Shown here one piece after another: positions 25,601 to 38,531 of a DNA stretch of 64,000 nt. A program made the position numbers and the translations under genes. This stretch comes from Lepidodermella squamata (lineage: Eukaryota; Animalia; Gastrotricha). The stretch is from positions 62,001 to 126,000 of the forward strand of contig JBLDXI010000028.1 of assembly GCA_047495785.1 (NCBI GenBank), in the 5' to 3' direction. The notes below the pieces were generated by a model. It was not told the DNA's origin. It saw only the letters and a list, made by a program, of their open reading frames with translations, and did not search any database. Each line of letters starts with the position of its first letter. The stretch's first letter is position 1.

Positions 25601-28600
25601 ATTTGCCGATATTCTCCGATCGGCGATCGCTTGATTCGTAGCATGCGCGACTCCTCTCAGCAAAATCTCAACATCTTCATGGCTCAAAATCGACTGATCA
25701 ACCGCAAAATCACGCCGTGATCGGATCGATAAGCACGCGGCTAATAACGTGACACCAGCTGTTCTCAACTGAAGTTGACTCGCCAAGTTCGGTTCGGTGC
25801 AAATTCGATTGCCGACCAGGGCGATCAGTCGATTTCGATCACCCGGGTATCGGCACGACAGCATGACCAATCGAGCGCCGGCCATCAACGCAGCCGGGTC
25901 CTGGACTAGAAACGCGTCGATCAGCGACTCCAGTTGCCGATTGAACCGCTCAGCAGTTGATAGGGCCAAAATCGCGCAGTGGTTGCTCGAAGCAATCGAA
26001 GCGGAGCGGCACAGGAAAACCGATCGTGGTAGTAAAGCGAAGGCAACCGATAACGGCGACGACATCAGCCCGTCATCCGGCTTCAAAATCTGCTCGAACA
26101 ACGCAGATCCCGGCAGTAATTCGAGCAAACCCTGGCTTTTCGAACTCGCGATCGACGCCTTCGTGAAACTATGCAGCAGAACTGCGACTAGCGCGGCGGT
26201 CGAGCATGAATCCGATCGATTTAGGCAAGCTGTTATCGACTGGAGGACATCTCTCGAGAACGAAATCAACTGAGGCGCCAGGTCACTCGTGTCTAACAAA
26301 TGCCGCAGAGCCGCCATGAGGACATGCAGCAGTGCAACAGCGGCCGTTGACGATTCGATCGACGGCTTCGGGTCATCCATTGATTCCTGATCGCCCGATC
26401 GATTGCCTGATAACAGATTCGCCAGTGTTTCAACGCCGAATCGCACGATTCTAGGCAGATGGACGCTGCAGAACGCATTCTCCGCCTCGTCCAGTTCGAA
26501 ATCTTGACACATTTCGAGGCTGGTCAGTGCTAGCCGACTCGCGGCGGTCAGGCACCTGCAATCTTGTCGAGATAACGCCATGCTTGTCCCACTCGAGTCG
26601 AGTAATCGGCCGAGCCCGGATGAAATAATCGAATGGAGACACTCTCGACTCAATTTTTCACTCGATTGAAGTGACAAATCGAGGCACAGGAGAGATGCGA
26701 GGAATCGGTCGTGGTTCGTCGAATCACGGCAGGAATTCAAATGATTTTCTAATTCATCGACAAATTTTTGGTGATTTTCGAAACTCATTCTCGCCCATTG
26801 CGATGAAAACGAGTCGAATTTGTGTGAGCTGTGATGATTTGCCGTAATGATTGATTTCGGACTCGCCCGACACGGTTCGGCTGAGCAGGGCGTGAAATCG
26901 ATCGGCAACTCGAAATCAGCCTCCAGACAGGCTGGCAGCACAAAACAGCGATCATTCTCGCCGCAGCAATTCGAATGGGCGTCGATCAGCCGCGTCAAAC
27001 TGAGGACGCTCAGCAGTGCAGCAGCGGCGCCTGACGTCACGGAATCGTTCAGCAGACACGCGACCGATCGCAATAAACGCGGCTGTTCGAAAAGGCGGCG
27101 TCTCAAATCCGACGACCCAAGGGCTAGCCATTTCAGCCCGGCGAGCAAATGAGCCCGCGCTCTCAGGCCCAAGTTCTGCCGATTGTCTCGCAGTAACAGG
27201 GTGACTAGTAAGTCCAGCCCGCCCAGCGAGTCGAATCTCGCGTGATTTTCACGAATTTGAAGTAGGGCGGATAATTCGGTCAAAATTGGCGCTAAATCTG
27301 GATTTTCATTCGAACAACAGTAATTGGCCAGGGATGAGACCAGCGAGTCTAAACGGTGAGTCGAGTCGTTGTTGTTTTGCGTTAAAACCAACTGAGAACA
27401 CCGCGATGGAGCACTTGATAGCGACGCGAGTAGACCTGAGAATGATTCTGTGGTGACACAGGCCGTTAAGCCGGGCACGAGGCGAGATAACCGCCTGATG
27501 CCGTCTCGCCTCAGCGCAGGTGATCGATTTTGCCGCGAACACGCCGAGAGAAAGGCGAGGGCTACCGAGTCAGAATCACCACCCAGTTGCAACTCTGGGA
27601 TTGAGGCGACCGAGGCGATTAACGAGCTGAACAATTGCGAATTTTCGGAACCTGAGGCGAACAGCGGAACTGCTATCAACGGCAAGCAGGCGTAGACCAG
27701 CTCGAAAACCGGCTTATTGCGACTCGTCACTGAATGACTGGCTAACAACCGAGTTAACCACTGCACAGTTACAACGGGCCCGATTCGGCCTAGTAAACCC
27801 AAAATCGGGAGAGCTGTTTCGCCTTTTCGCAGCAAATTCATGGCCAAATCTTGGTTCGTAGTCACAATTTCTGTCAAAGATTCAACAATCAAATTCGAGA
27901 AATTCGTCGAGGTATCGCCGGCTAAGGCGAGAATTTTTACGAAATTTTGATTCGAGTCTTTCTCGGCTAGCCATTGAATGATTTTCCGCAAGAAATAGCT
28001 CGAATCCTCGTTGAAAATGTTCTGAAGGGCTGGCAGCGAAAGGTCGATCAGTTGCAAAATTTCATCATCAACAGAATCAGTTGGTTCATCGTTGTCGAGC
28101 AGTTTTTGCAATTCTGACGCGTTTTTGCCACATTGCGCTAGTTTTTGGCATTCGGCGAGTTCTGTGCGCAAAAACACGCGCTGACTCGCGCTTGAGGCGT
28201 CACAGCCACTCGCTTCGACCCATCGAATAGATGCTTCAATCAACTGCGAATTTCCGTCGAAATTCGGGCTCAAAACTAGGTTTCGCAACTGCCTAGCTAT
28301 AGACGCCATCAGCGCGTGACCATTCGATTTTTCACGCGACGATTTTCTCATGATGGGCAGACATTTTCGCAATGCCATTCCAGCCAACAACCGGCGAATG
28401 TTTGCCACACTCTGCTTGGCAATCGCTTGTTTTTCGTCATGGTTTTTGGTACTTGCGCTACAATCTACTCCAAAAACTGCAGCGATTTCACTGGCTAAAT
28501 CGGCCAGTGATGAATTAATGGCTAAAATTCGTAGCCTTCGACAATTTTCTGCCTTGCAGCACTGAAGCAACTCGCTTTCACTCGTCGAATTCAACACGGC

Positions 28601-29824
28601 TGATACAAAATGTTTGTTCAGAGCAAAATTTTCAAGCAGCAATTTATACACTATTCCAATTAAATGAGCCACCGAGTACATGTTATAGTAGTTTGGCGCC
28701 GAAGATTTTTGCTGCGGTGGTGTCATGCAACGATGGGCAGTGTCTACCAACAGTTCAAGTCCGTCCAGCAACGTGTCAAAGTACAACGAAATCGAGCCAG
28801 TTGAATTTTCAAAATTGCAACTAGCAATTCGCTCTAAATAACAGCCAATCGTATCTACAACGGGTAGAAACGTCTCTTCGCCAACGTCAAACTGGTGTAG
28901 ACAGGCCTTCGAGTTACTGCCATTCGCGCCTGACATCAGTGAGTAGAGAACTGAGGAGAAACGAGCATGTGTTGCTATGGTGTTTGTCGGAACTTCTGCG
29001 AACATTAAATGGCGAATAGAAAATAAAGCTCGCAGCAACTGCTGACTGCCTAATACAGCATCCGAAGAAGCCGTCGAAACTAAGAGCGAACGAACGGCTT
29101 CATCGATTGTTTTGACGTCCTCAGAATTCTTTGGGTCGTAAGGTTTAGATTTGGAGCTTGTTTTCAGATTACAGCCTTGTAAGCAAACACAACAAGAACT
29201 AGTGCTTGGTGTTGCTGAATTTCTAGTTAATTGAAGTGATGCAGATGTTGAGTCGTGAGCAAGACCTATCGATGTTGCCATTGATTCGTCGCCAGCCGAT
29301 AGGTTGACTGTCGAAGTACCAGATGGCACTGGTTCTGGCAGGTATGATAGCAACTGATGAACACTCTCCGTTGGGCAACTCGGCAGGTCTCGGCATTTTA
29401 AAAGGCTTTTTGTAAGTTCTACAATATCCGCTCTCCCGGAAAATGCCTTTTTCGCTTCAGGGGATATCTGCGGGAATCAAAATGTTGTAGAGCATTGCAA
29501 ACTCCTGGAGATCTCTTACCTGCAGCGATTCCGTTAAAGTTACTACAACTTTCCCAATGAGCTCAGCTGAAGGTGCCGGGTCAAAACATTCCGAAATGAG
29601 AAATGAAACAAATGCATCCACAGTACTTCGAGCTCGAGCACTTGTGACGAGTAAATCAGCAAGACTAATTATTCCACAGCGCAGTTTCAAGAAGAACCCA
29701 TCAACAGCACGTCGTCGAATTTCGGCTATATTGCTGCCTATAGAATTATTTCAACGCAGTAAGTAAAAAGCAGATTGCAGAGCAAAGACTTACCAAATTT
29801 TCCGAGAACTATCTCAACTGACAT
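22612..29824 (-). CDS. RTTN: rotatin / Ana3 (centriole/basal body protein), 6 exons, ~2019 aa
   Basis: Spliced N-terminus MSVEIVLGKFGSNIAEIRRRAVDGFFLKLRCGIISLADLL resembles the rotatin N-terminal domain (KLGH..AEIRERAL..I..K....LI...DL). Long Leu-rich helical-repeat-like body. Exons 29824-29794, 29737-29520, 29467-25033, 24600-23846, 23636-23285 and 22880-22612 are phase-consistent. Confidence 0.8.
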
Positions 29825-30325
29825 ATCGATTGCATTAAAAACTAAGAATAGAGAAAATTATTGATGTTAGGCCTGCAGTTTATTTGAAATTCAAAGGAGA
29901 CATCGACAGGGTAACTCGACTATTTCGAAGTTCTCCTTTTCGAAGGTCTCAAATATGGGATTTGCGCTCAATAAATAAATGCCTAAATAAGGAATTGCAC
30001 AGAGAACTCTTGCCCAGATTTCCCGCGATCGTTCTACACAGCATAAGCAGGAAACGATGCAATTCGTGGATTTTCAGACTTCAACCTTGAACCCCTGTAA
30101 CCTTCAACCGCAACAAGACCTTAGTCTCCGTGCATCTGTCATTGGTTGCATAGGCGCGGGTAGATGTAGCTGAGATTATTTGCGCAACCCAAAGCTTTTT
30201 AATCCTTTTTCGGACGAACTCCTTTTCCCGGGGTTATTTAAATATTTACTTTCACACAAATAAACAATTTTCGATGATAATTTTTAAAAATATTGGGTCT
30301 TAAGAAAAATAATTTTATTATTTGA

Positions 30326-30339
30326 GTTGCCATGGTAGC
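30326..30339 (+). promoter_or_regulatory. RFX X-box in the divergent RTTN/SPAG8 promoter
   Basis: GTTGCCATGGTAGC versus canonical GTTGCCATGGCAAC, ~125 nt upstream of the SPAG8 ATG. Both flanking genes are ciliary/centriolar. Confidence 0.75.
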
Positions 30340-30462
30340 GTTTTTTGATACTAACTATTCGGGGTTCGGGGTTCCTTGTCTTCGTTGGTTCTCAGTTCGT
30401 TTCAGTGCGTCGGTCAATAGCTTGCGGTTTATATCTCCGACTTTCACCCGATATATCAAACT

Positions 30463-31330
30463 ATGAGCCGTAGCTTGGAGAAAGGGTTTGCGCCATTTTT
30501 GACCATGTCTATTACTTTTTATTCGAATGCTTCATCACAGATTCACGATCTCTAATTCCAACTCCCAGTGTTTACTCGAAAACTGGGTTGAAGAAAGACG
30601 TACTAAAGTTTATGATGCCGACCGCCCAGAAAAGGAAGTTTCCAAATATGGTCACAGCCGATTACTGACAATTAATGACGACCCTCAGGTCGATACTACA
30701 TATCGCGTTGTAAGAGTTGCTCACATCATAGTAAAATGTAGTTTAAAATGTTCTTAATTTTGTCCCGAAAGGATTACGTCCCGAAAGACAAGAATTTGCC
30801 ACAGAGAAAGTACGTTGGTCCTACCTGCCGTAAGGAGTTCTTGAAGCAAATGTTTACTCAACAAGCAATGTGAGTTGCCGTTTTATGTACTTTGAAACTT
30901 CGACTGACTCTTCGACTCTTCGATCATTCAGTGAGGCCCTGCAACGGGAGGAAGAGGAGGAGATGCGGCGACAAATCGAGGAGAAAATGCAATCAGAAAC
31001 AGCTAAATCTTTCTGGAAAGAACAGCAACTGATGCAAAAGGCTAATATCAAGGTAGTGCTAATGATGAATATGTATCGATTATAATAATGACGAACTTAA
31101 CAACAGGAACATGATTTGACGAAGGAGCAGCCAATAACGTTTTGGACGGAGCATCACAAGAGAATTACAGTGAGATACGAACCAGTCTAATTCTTCCGTC
31201 ACATTATCCAATTTTTTTTCAGGGCAACACGAAGGCTCCTCTCATTGTCGATTCACCTTTCCGGAAAAATGCCAGCTTTTCAAAGCCCATTTCAGAAAGA
31301 TTCGACGAGTGGGCTTGTGACACCAAATGA
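30463..31330 (+). CDS. SPAG8: SPAG8-like ciliary microtubule inner protein, 6 exons, ~193 aa
   Basis: Motifs QCLLENWVEER, YGHSRLLT, HDLTKEQPITFW and DSPFRKNASFSKP match SPAG8. Exons 30463-30485, 30541-30709, 30772-30869, 30932-31052, 31107-31169 and 31223-31330. Confidence 0.85.
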
Positions 31331-34299
31331 TCAGTCGTAGAAAATGACTCCATCTGAGTTTCTTATTTCTGCAGATTTAATTTGTGCTAAACAAATATAT
31401 TCTGTAAATTGAATTACACATGTGATCGCGGTGAAATCATCTTGCTGCATTGGCATCGATTACCAAATAAACTCTTCTATTTTGACGCTCTCAGTTCGGT
31501 AGTGTTCTGGTTTTCCATCCATTTGACAATGCCCATAATTTGAAAAAGAGCAAAGAGCTGATACCATAAGTTGCATCACTATAATACTTCCGTTGACAGC
31601 AACACGGGCGCAGAACCTGCAGATCTCATATTAACCGGTTTTCCGTAAAATGTGCGGAATTCCCGATGGGCATCGAATAAGTATTAACGAAACCACCCTT
31701 TTCTACTAATTTTTCCAAAATTTGATGCGATATGAGACAATAGATTATGCGATATGAGACGATTACAGTGAATTTTCTCGTGAAGTACGCGAGCGAATAT
31801 GAATTGCACGTTCTATTTTCCCGTCACAGGCGAAATATTCATGTACCGCCTGTGGTTAAATCAACCGACTGCTTACCGCTCAAGAGATTGGATTCCAACA
31901 GTTTTGTTATGGTTTATGCCGCATAGTGACAAAATTAGGTTATCTTCTTTCGGGTAAATATTGAGATGGCTGAAATGAGCTCTCGATGCACGCGAGCCAT
32001 ATCGTTTGCGGCTCGTACGTCGGCTGCTTTCGCTGCCGAAGCCTCTTAAAGAGCCATGCAGTGAAGTTTGAATTTGATTGAGTTCCAGCATAGTTATTTC
32101 AACTTATGAATCATACCAGCTAACAGCACGACAGCCTACCATCGCAGCAGCTTGATCCGTCGTTACAATAGAGCAGCGATCTTGCGGCAAATTTTGACCA
32201 GCGAAACAGTCGTCGGCCACTTGTGGCCTTTCTGCACTGTTGCATTTCCATTTTAAGGGATAACAGTCAGCGCAGGAAAGTAGTCAAAAACCCAGTTTGG
32301 CCCGATTTTCATATCTGTATCGGAGTGTAAGTTTGCTATGGAATCTACATGAGCCTAGGCGATCAATCTCTCGGGCCTATTAGGAGCTATACCCGAATTT
32401 AACCATTTATCAAAAACGCCTCGGAGCCTGCAAAATTTTTAAAAAGCCTAAAAGTTTTGGACCGCACCGAGACAGTCCATTTTGAAAGCCAGAAATTCGC
32501 ATCGCATTCAAACAAAATGGCAGTCAATCAATTAACCGGCCTTGAAAACTCTTGACCTTTAGGTTTCACTAGATATGGTTTAAAACTGCGCAGGCACTTG
32601 CGTTCAGAAAATTTGAAAAATTGGCGATTTCAGCGCAAAATTGATCCGTGATTGCAAACGACCTTGAAAATCACCTGCAACCAAATGTCAAAAAAAATTA
32701 TTAAACGTTTCAAAATCCAAATTAAAGAAATTCATATATATAATTTAGTTATTTTTTTATAATTTATTGTAATAAATAAACGGTACTTCTATAACCGCCG
32801 TCGGATTTTTTTTGGTATTGGTATTGGTATTATTGGCATTGGTATAAAATTAGAATAATTTAAAAATCTCTTCATTTTGCTCTGGAACGAATTTGACATT
32901 TTGAGTTGCCAGAGAAGAAAGAGCATTCAACCAATACGTAGATTCCAAGATGAGGTGCCCATGTAAATCAAACTTTTATTCAACGATCAAAGGATCTGAA
33001 GCATCACGATAACAATTTTACAATGTTGCCCCAATAATTTTCCTCCGACTTTACCATGTTGTTTGCTTACGCTTGGCCAAATAGGCAGTGATTTTAGCAG
33101 CGCCTTTCAGCCGGTTGCGAAGTTCAACCAGGCGTGGGAACTTCTCCATCATTTGAATAACGTTGCTGCCATCGAAAGTGTCACAAGCGTCAAGGAACTC
33201 TTATCAAGCTGAGAATTTCGGCGAGGAAGATACCTGTACCAGTCTCTGTAGTCGCAATCGTGACTCTAAGTGCTGAAAAAAAATTACGTCGCGAATTTCA
33301 CTGGGGCTGTCGGATAGCACTTCTTCAATAATTATCACCATATTCGACCAAAATATCACTTTTTTATCAAAATGAGATAATGGTTGATAATTTGATGATA
33401 TTTGATATCGCCTTTTTATTCACGAGACTTCGGAGATTTTTTCAGTTACTTCTGGAATTTTTATGGCAATTTTAAATTATTTTACCTCTTTTTAGTAATG
33501 ATTCATAACTGGAAACTCGGCACAGATAGCATAAAACATGGAAAAAGTAGGTCTTTTCCAAAATTCACAAAAAATCAGTGGAAAGGTTGCCGCCCATAAA
33601 ATTTATACCAGCATGTAGACGAGAGCTTCCTCTGCAAGCTGCCAACAAATCAGCCAAATCGGTTATGACGCTATTTGAGATTTTCAATTTCAAAATAGGC
33701 AACCTTTTTCGGTTGATCGCTGCTCACCTTTTTGAAGTACACAGATTATTACCCTCATCAAGTGATTTCTTCAGGCACGCGACCCAAAAAGCAAAAAATC
33801 GTGATGAGTCATCTCGGCACACATAAATGTACTAGCGTGTCAGATCTACTGTATTTCTATGTGACGGACGCTGGACTATCCCGATTTTTTTGCCTGAAAA
33901 CATCGCGAAAAAGATAATGTATTTCTCAATGTTATTTCGGTCGTATGACATTTCGGCCCACGACCTTTTGGCCGCGGCTTATCAGCCCCGAATGAGCCGG
34001 AATACAATTCAGCCCGCGACATAGGGGTCCATATTGAAATAAAATAGAGCGGCATTGTAGCCGCGACAATTCAGCGAGCGACGTTTCCACCCAAAATACC
34101 AAAGGCAATAATTCGACATTCGACTTTTTAGCCAGCCACAATTCAGCCCTAACGACTCCCAATACCTTTTTTCAGAAATATACACCGGGGTTTATTTGAG
34201 ATCGAACCAGCATTCGTTTGGGTTGTATTCGAGGTGGGGAATTCTTTTGAGGTGCGTACCGTAAATTAGGGCAAAATGGTCACGGGGAAAAAATCGTCG

Positions 34300-34924
34300 T
34301 TGGTGCGGCTAAAAGTCCTATCTCCAAAACAATTTATTTCGAGATAAATCGAAAAAACAGCTTTACTTCCAAAATGTTAAGTAAAAAATTCACTTATTTT
34401 CAATTGTCAATTCAATTGTCACTGATTTGAATTATAGGGGTAATCAAACCCGGCGGATCGAATGGCGCCGGCCATTTTTACCGGTGACGCATCGTTATTG
34501 CACAATAAGGACATCCGCTGCAGCTAGGACTTTATGGTGGATTTTTTCATTTTTTGGTTCGTGTTTTTTCAAGGTTGTGGTTCGAGTCCTTGCGAAAGCA
34601 TTCATTTTTGGCCGATTTATTCCGACTTATTTTCACTTGGCATCAAATGCCGTACTGAGTCATCGCCATTTTTTGTCGTGATCGGATCATTTTTGCGATG
34701 CACATAGCACTCTTTGTGCCCTATTCGAACTCATGCTATGGAGCTATTTCTGATGGAAAAAGAATGACCTGGAAAAAAATCCACGAATGTGGAGATAGGA
34801 CTTTTGATCCCTGGCGAATTTTGAAATGCGGTTTCCGCGGTTTGACCAGCGTGAAAAACTGAGTCAGAAACTGAAAAAACCCAATTTCGATTTTTGATGG
34901 AGATAGGACTTTTAGCCGCACCAA
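34300..34924. mobile_element. MITE-like element with 27-bp terminal inverted repeats
   Basis: TTGGTGCGGCTAAAAGTCCTATCTCCA (34300-34326) is the exact reverse complement of 34898-34924. TCG flanks both sides. Partial third copy near 34790. No recognisable coding capacity. Confidence 0.7.
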
Positions 34925-35320
34925 TCGTTAACGACGAAATGACCCCCTGTTTTTTTCGCATTTTTACACGTTTCAGAGGGTCCTGATTCCGATATAATAG
35001 GAAGCTCAATTTGCCCCAGGGTTGGGGAAAATTGGACAGGTGTTTTGGGGCTAATTGGCCACCCTTATCCTTATAATGGGTTTGTATAATTAAGTAATTG
35101 TGAGGGTTGAATGGCAGTCTCCAGTGGGTGACAATTGAGAATGTTCAAATGGCTCGAATCTACTACGCTGGCTTAGCAGGTGAGAGGAGACTTAATGCTT
35201 ATGTCTGGGAATCTATATTTGCTATTAACAGGGTGGGCAAAGAAAACAATCTGGGCTGTTGATTTCTGATAGGCTTAGCCTTAGCCGACGCCGGCCCTTT
35301 AAATCATAAAAATGGGCAAT

Positions 35321-36921
35321 TGGCAAATGGACCCATTATCACCACTTTTGTTTTCAATTTTTATAAACGATCTCATTCCTTTCCTAATGAAAGTTTTCCC
35401 TGGCTTGACCTTCGGTGAATATGTAGTCTTGGCAATCCTATACGCCGATGACTTGGTCCTACTGGCAGAAAGCGCTGAGCAGCTGCAGAGCCTCCTGGAT
35501 GAGCTAGTAGCTTATGCTGAAGAAAATTCATTAATAATTAACGTCGATAAAACAAAAATCTTGATTTTTGAAAAGAAACTTGTTGAGAATAATCAACTAA
35601 AATTTTATCTAAACGGCGAACAACTCGAAAGAGTTAAAGAATTTAAATACCTAGGAGTTTATTTTACTAATAATTTGAATTTTGATAAAATGGTGGAGGT
35701 TGTCAATGCGAATGCGAAACGAATTGCCGCTTTTATACCCAACATGATCGATCGGTTCACCACATATCTACCACCCAAAACGTTTCACCTTCTCTATAAT
35801 TCCTATCTGGTTAGCAACTATTCCTATGCTGGAGGATTTTGGGGTCAATCAAAAAAGGCCAAAATTTTTCCTTTCAATACTCATTTCGTAAAACAGCTCT
35901 GCCGAATTCCCGCCGCGGCGAGAGACGAGCTCGTGAAACGTGAATTCTACCTAGACCCTCCAAGCCTAATCCTCACTAAAGCAGCTATACGTCACTTTCT
36001 TAAACTCAAATTCGAGGACAACCATATACTGCTGAAGACAGCTTTCGAAATAATTGACTCAAACAAAAATCTATATAAACATATCTTCAAAAATTTACCA
36101 GAAGATGTTGAAAAACTGGGCGGAAAAGAAATTTTCAATGCTACATCTAAATTTGAGGGCCTAGCCCTGCTTGAGAGATGGTATGAGAAATGGGTCGAAA
36201 ATGACAAATTGTCGACGGCCTCCTCTCTAAAATCGCTCTATCAAAATCCTGTTTACTCTGAAGAAAAATTTGACAAACTACTAATGTACTCGAGTACGCG
36301 GCAAGCTTTCTGGTCACTTAAAAATATCCAAACGCTAGCTATGATTAGAACTAATTCCATTCATAAACCGTTTTGCTATATAAATAACTTCGGCCTTAGA
36401 TGTATTTTCTGCTATAAAAATAGTAACAATCCCGTCCTATCTCTAAATAGCTTCGCTGACTCAGTAGAACTTTTAACTCACCTATACCTAGAATGCAACT
36501 ACTTGCCGTATCTACATAATATAAATAACGCTGAAATGAAACCTGATAAAACTGACATAACTAATTCTATAATTGGCTGTGAATCTAGCGGCTCTGCACA
36601 TTTATCGAAATTACTATCCCTCGCCTACAATTACCGGATGACTCTAAAATTGCATACATATCCGCCTATTCCATCTACCTAATCTTGACCAACTATATCG
36701 GCAATATTAATAAAAAATGTGAATAAATATTACTCTGAGCATCACTCTGGAAAAAACTACCTCTGCCTATGATATTTTTGTGTGTGTGGTACCATACTGT
36801 GCTATATTACATTTATTATATATTATACGATATTATTATAACGATATTTCTGATGCGCCCAAAGCCCAATCGTGGCCGGTGCTTTTATTTTCGTTTTGAA
36901 ACAATAAAACCAACAGCTCTC
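35321..36921 (+). mobile_element. 5'-truncated non-LTR retrotransposon (RT C-terminal half plus CCHC motif), possibly RTE-X-like
   Basis: ORF 35312-36682 has DPLSPLLFSIFINDL, YADDLVL, KYLGV and a C-terminal CIFC...HLYLEC. AATAAA at 36903. 14-bp TSD TAAAAATGGGCAAT at 35307-35320 and 36922-36935. Clade assignment is tentative. Confidence 0.9.
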
Positions 36922-38383
36922 TAAAAATGGGCAATCAGTGCGAATTACGGTAAGAGTGCCCACAGGTTAGTTTTCTGTTGCTAAACATTCTTATTGTTTA
37001 CCAGGTATAGTCCTGGGAGCCGGTATGGCGCTGGAATCGAGTGAAGTTTGAAAGATGATGAAGATCGTGACGATGGAAGTCAGCGTGCATCGTTCCCGGC
37101 TGCGAGTGACTCGGCTCGAAAGAACAATAAGGCGAAGCCCCCGGCGGAGAAGAAGCGATAGGCGAAAAGGCATGTGAAGACCCTGCCGCCGCTGCGAAAG
37201 CAGTGCAAACGGAATTCTGAATGTTTCTGATGCCTATTCGTATCAAGTTGAATTTCCTCATCTTCTTATCTTTGTTACTTTTCGATACTTCTCTGGCGCT
37301 TATTTACTTTTTTAATAAAATACTGATAGAGTTCATTTGTCTCACTTGGGTCGATTAAATCACAGATTACCCTAACCGGCGTATCTCATACAGCCAATCT
37401 TGCCAATGCTCGTGAGTTCATTGGCTCAGTGGAAGGACATCGCACAATTTTTACTGCTGCGGCTCATATCAGAAGCAATGAGCGAAGAAATAGACCAGCA
37501 CTGCAATAAATCCACCTTAATTTTTTTCAATTTTTCTATTGTTATTATTTAACTGCTGGCAGCTATGTGTCACACGTGGCACCAATTATTTCTAAAAACA
37601 AGGTCAGGTCAAAGCAATTTAAAGTGGGTGACCCGCCTTTCGGCTTTTTTATTGAAGCGACCTCGTGGCACTAAGCGGCTTAATTGTTAGCCTGAACCTA
37701 GGTCCAGCATAAAATATGTCTGAGTTCGATTTTCATTTCGTTGGAACATGCGTAGCGCTGATCTCCAAATCATCTTCAACTTATACGGCAGTCTCCTTGC
37801 TGTGCCTATTCCTCTTATAGCATGTATCGCCAACAGCAACTGGTCCTTGCGGTGTCCAAATGGCTTCGAGCTGACGAGCTGGTGTCCAAATGGCAATTTG
37901 TCCTATTTTTCGAGCTGACGAAAAAGCTGTGCGCCACGAATTCACGCTGACTTCAACGCTACCAGGTTTTTTATAGCCAAAATTAGAGACATGCCGTATG
38001 AAAAGAAGCTTATCGTCCATTCAAAGGGATATTGAACGGAAATTTATCTGATTGCTGTGCCGTTGACAAATTCTATAGCTGATTTGCATGGGAATTACAT
38101 TAAAATTTAATTAATTACCCGCGTTTGAGGTGTCGAACCCTTGTCAACATCTTCTATTATTGAGGGGTAATGAGAGCTTATGCGATGTTAACCGCAAATT
38201 TTTGAGGCATTACTTCTGTAGAGGCTTTAACAGGCTGTTTTCCATCATTGTCGTGGAAGTAAAGAATTACCACCCGCAGATAATTTCGGCGTGTATTTTT
38301 GACTTGGATCATTGATGACGAAAATGGTTGACCAAGGCTAACGAAAAGATAGCCATACTATCGATGAACAATAATTTGCAGGC

Positions 38384-38531
38384 TTCATGTAAAAAAATCT
38401 GAAGGCTTCGCGCCTGGTTTCATGTAAAACAATCTGAAGGCTTCGCGCCTGGTTTCATGTAAAAAAATCTGAAGGCTTCGCGCCTGGTTTCATGTAAAAA
38501 AAATCTGAAGGCTTCGCGCCTGGTTTCATGT
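38384..38531. repeat. tandem repeat, ~35-bp unit x4
   Basis: Unit TTCATGTAAAAAAATCTGAAGGCTTCGCGCCTGGT head-to-tail, near identical, no spacers. Confidence 0.95.

Noticed and set aside
38384-38531. CRISPR array
   Set aside because: Units are contiguous with no unique spacers, there are no cas genes, and the context is eukaryotic.
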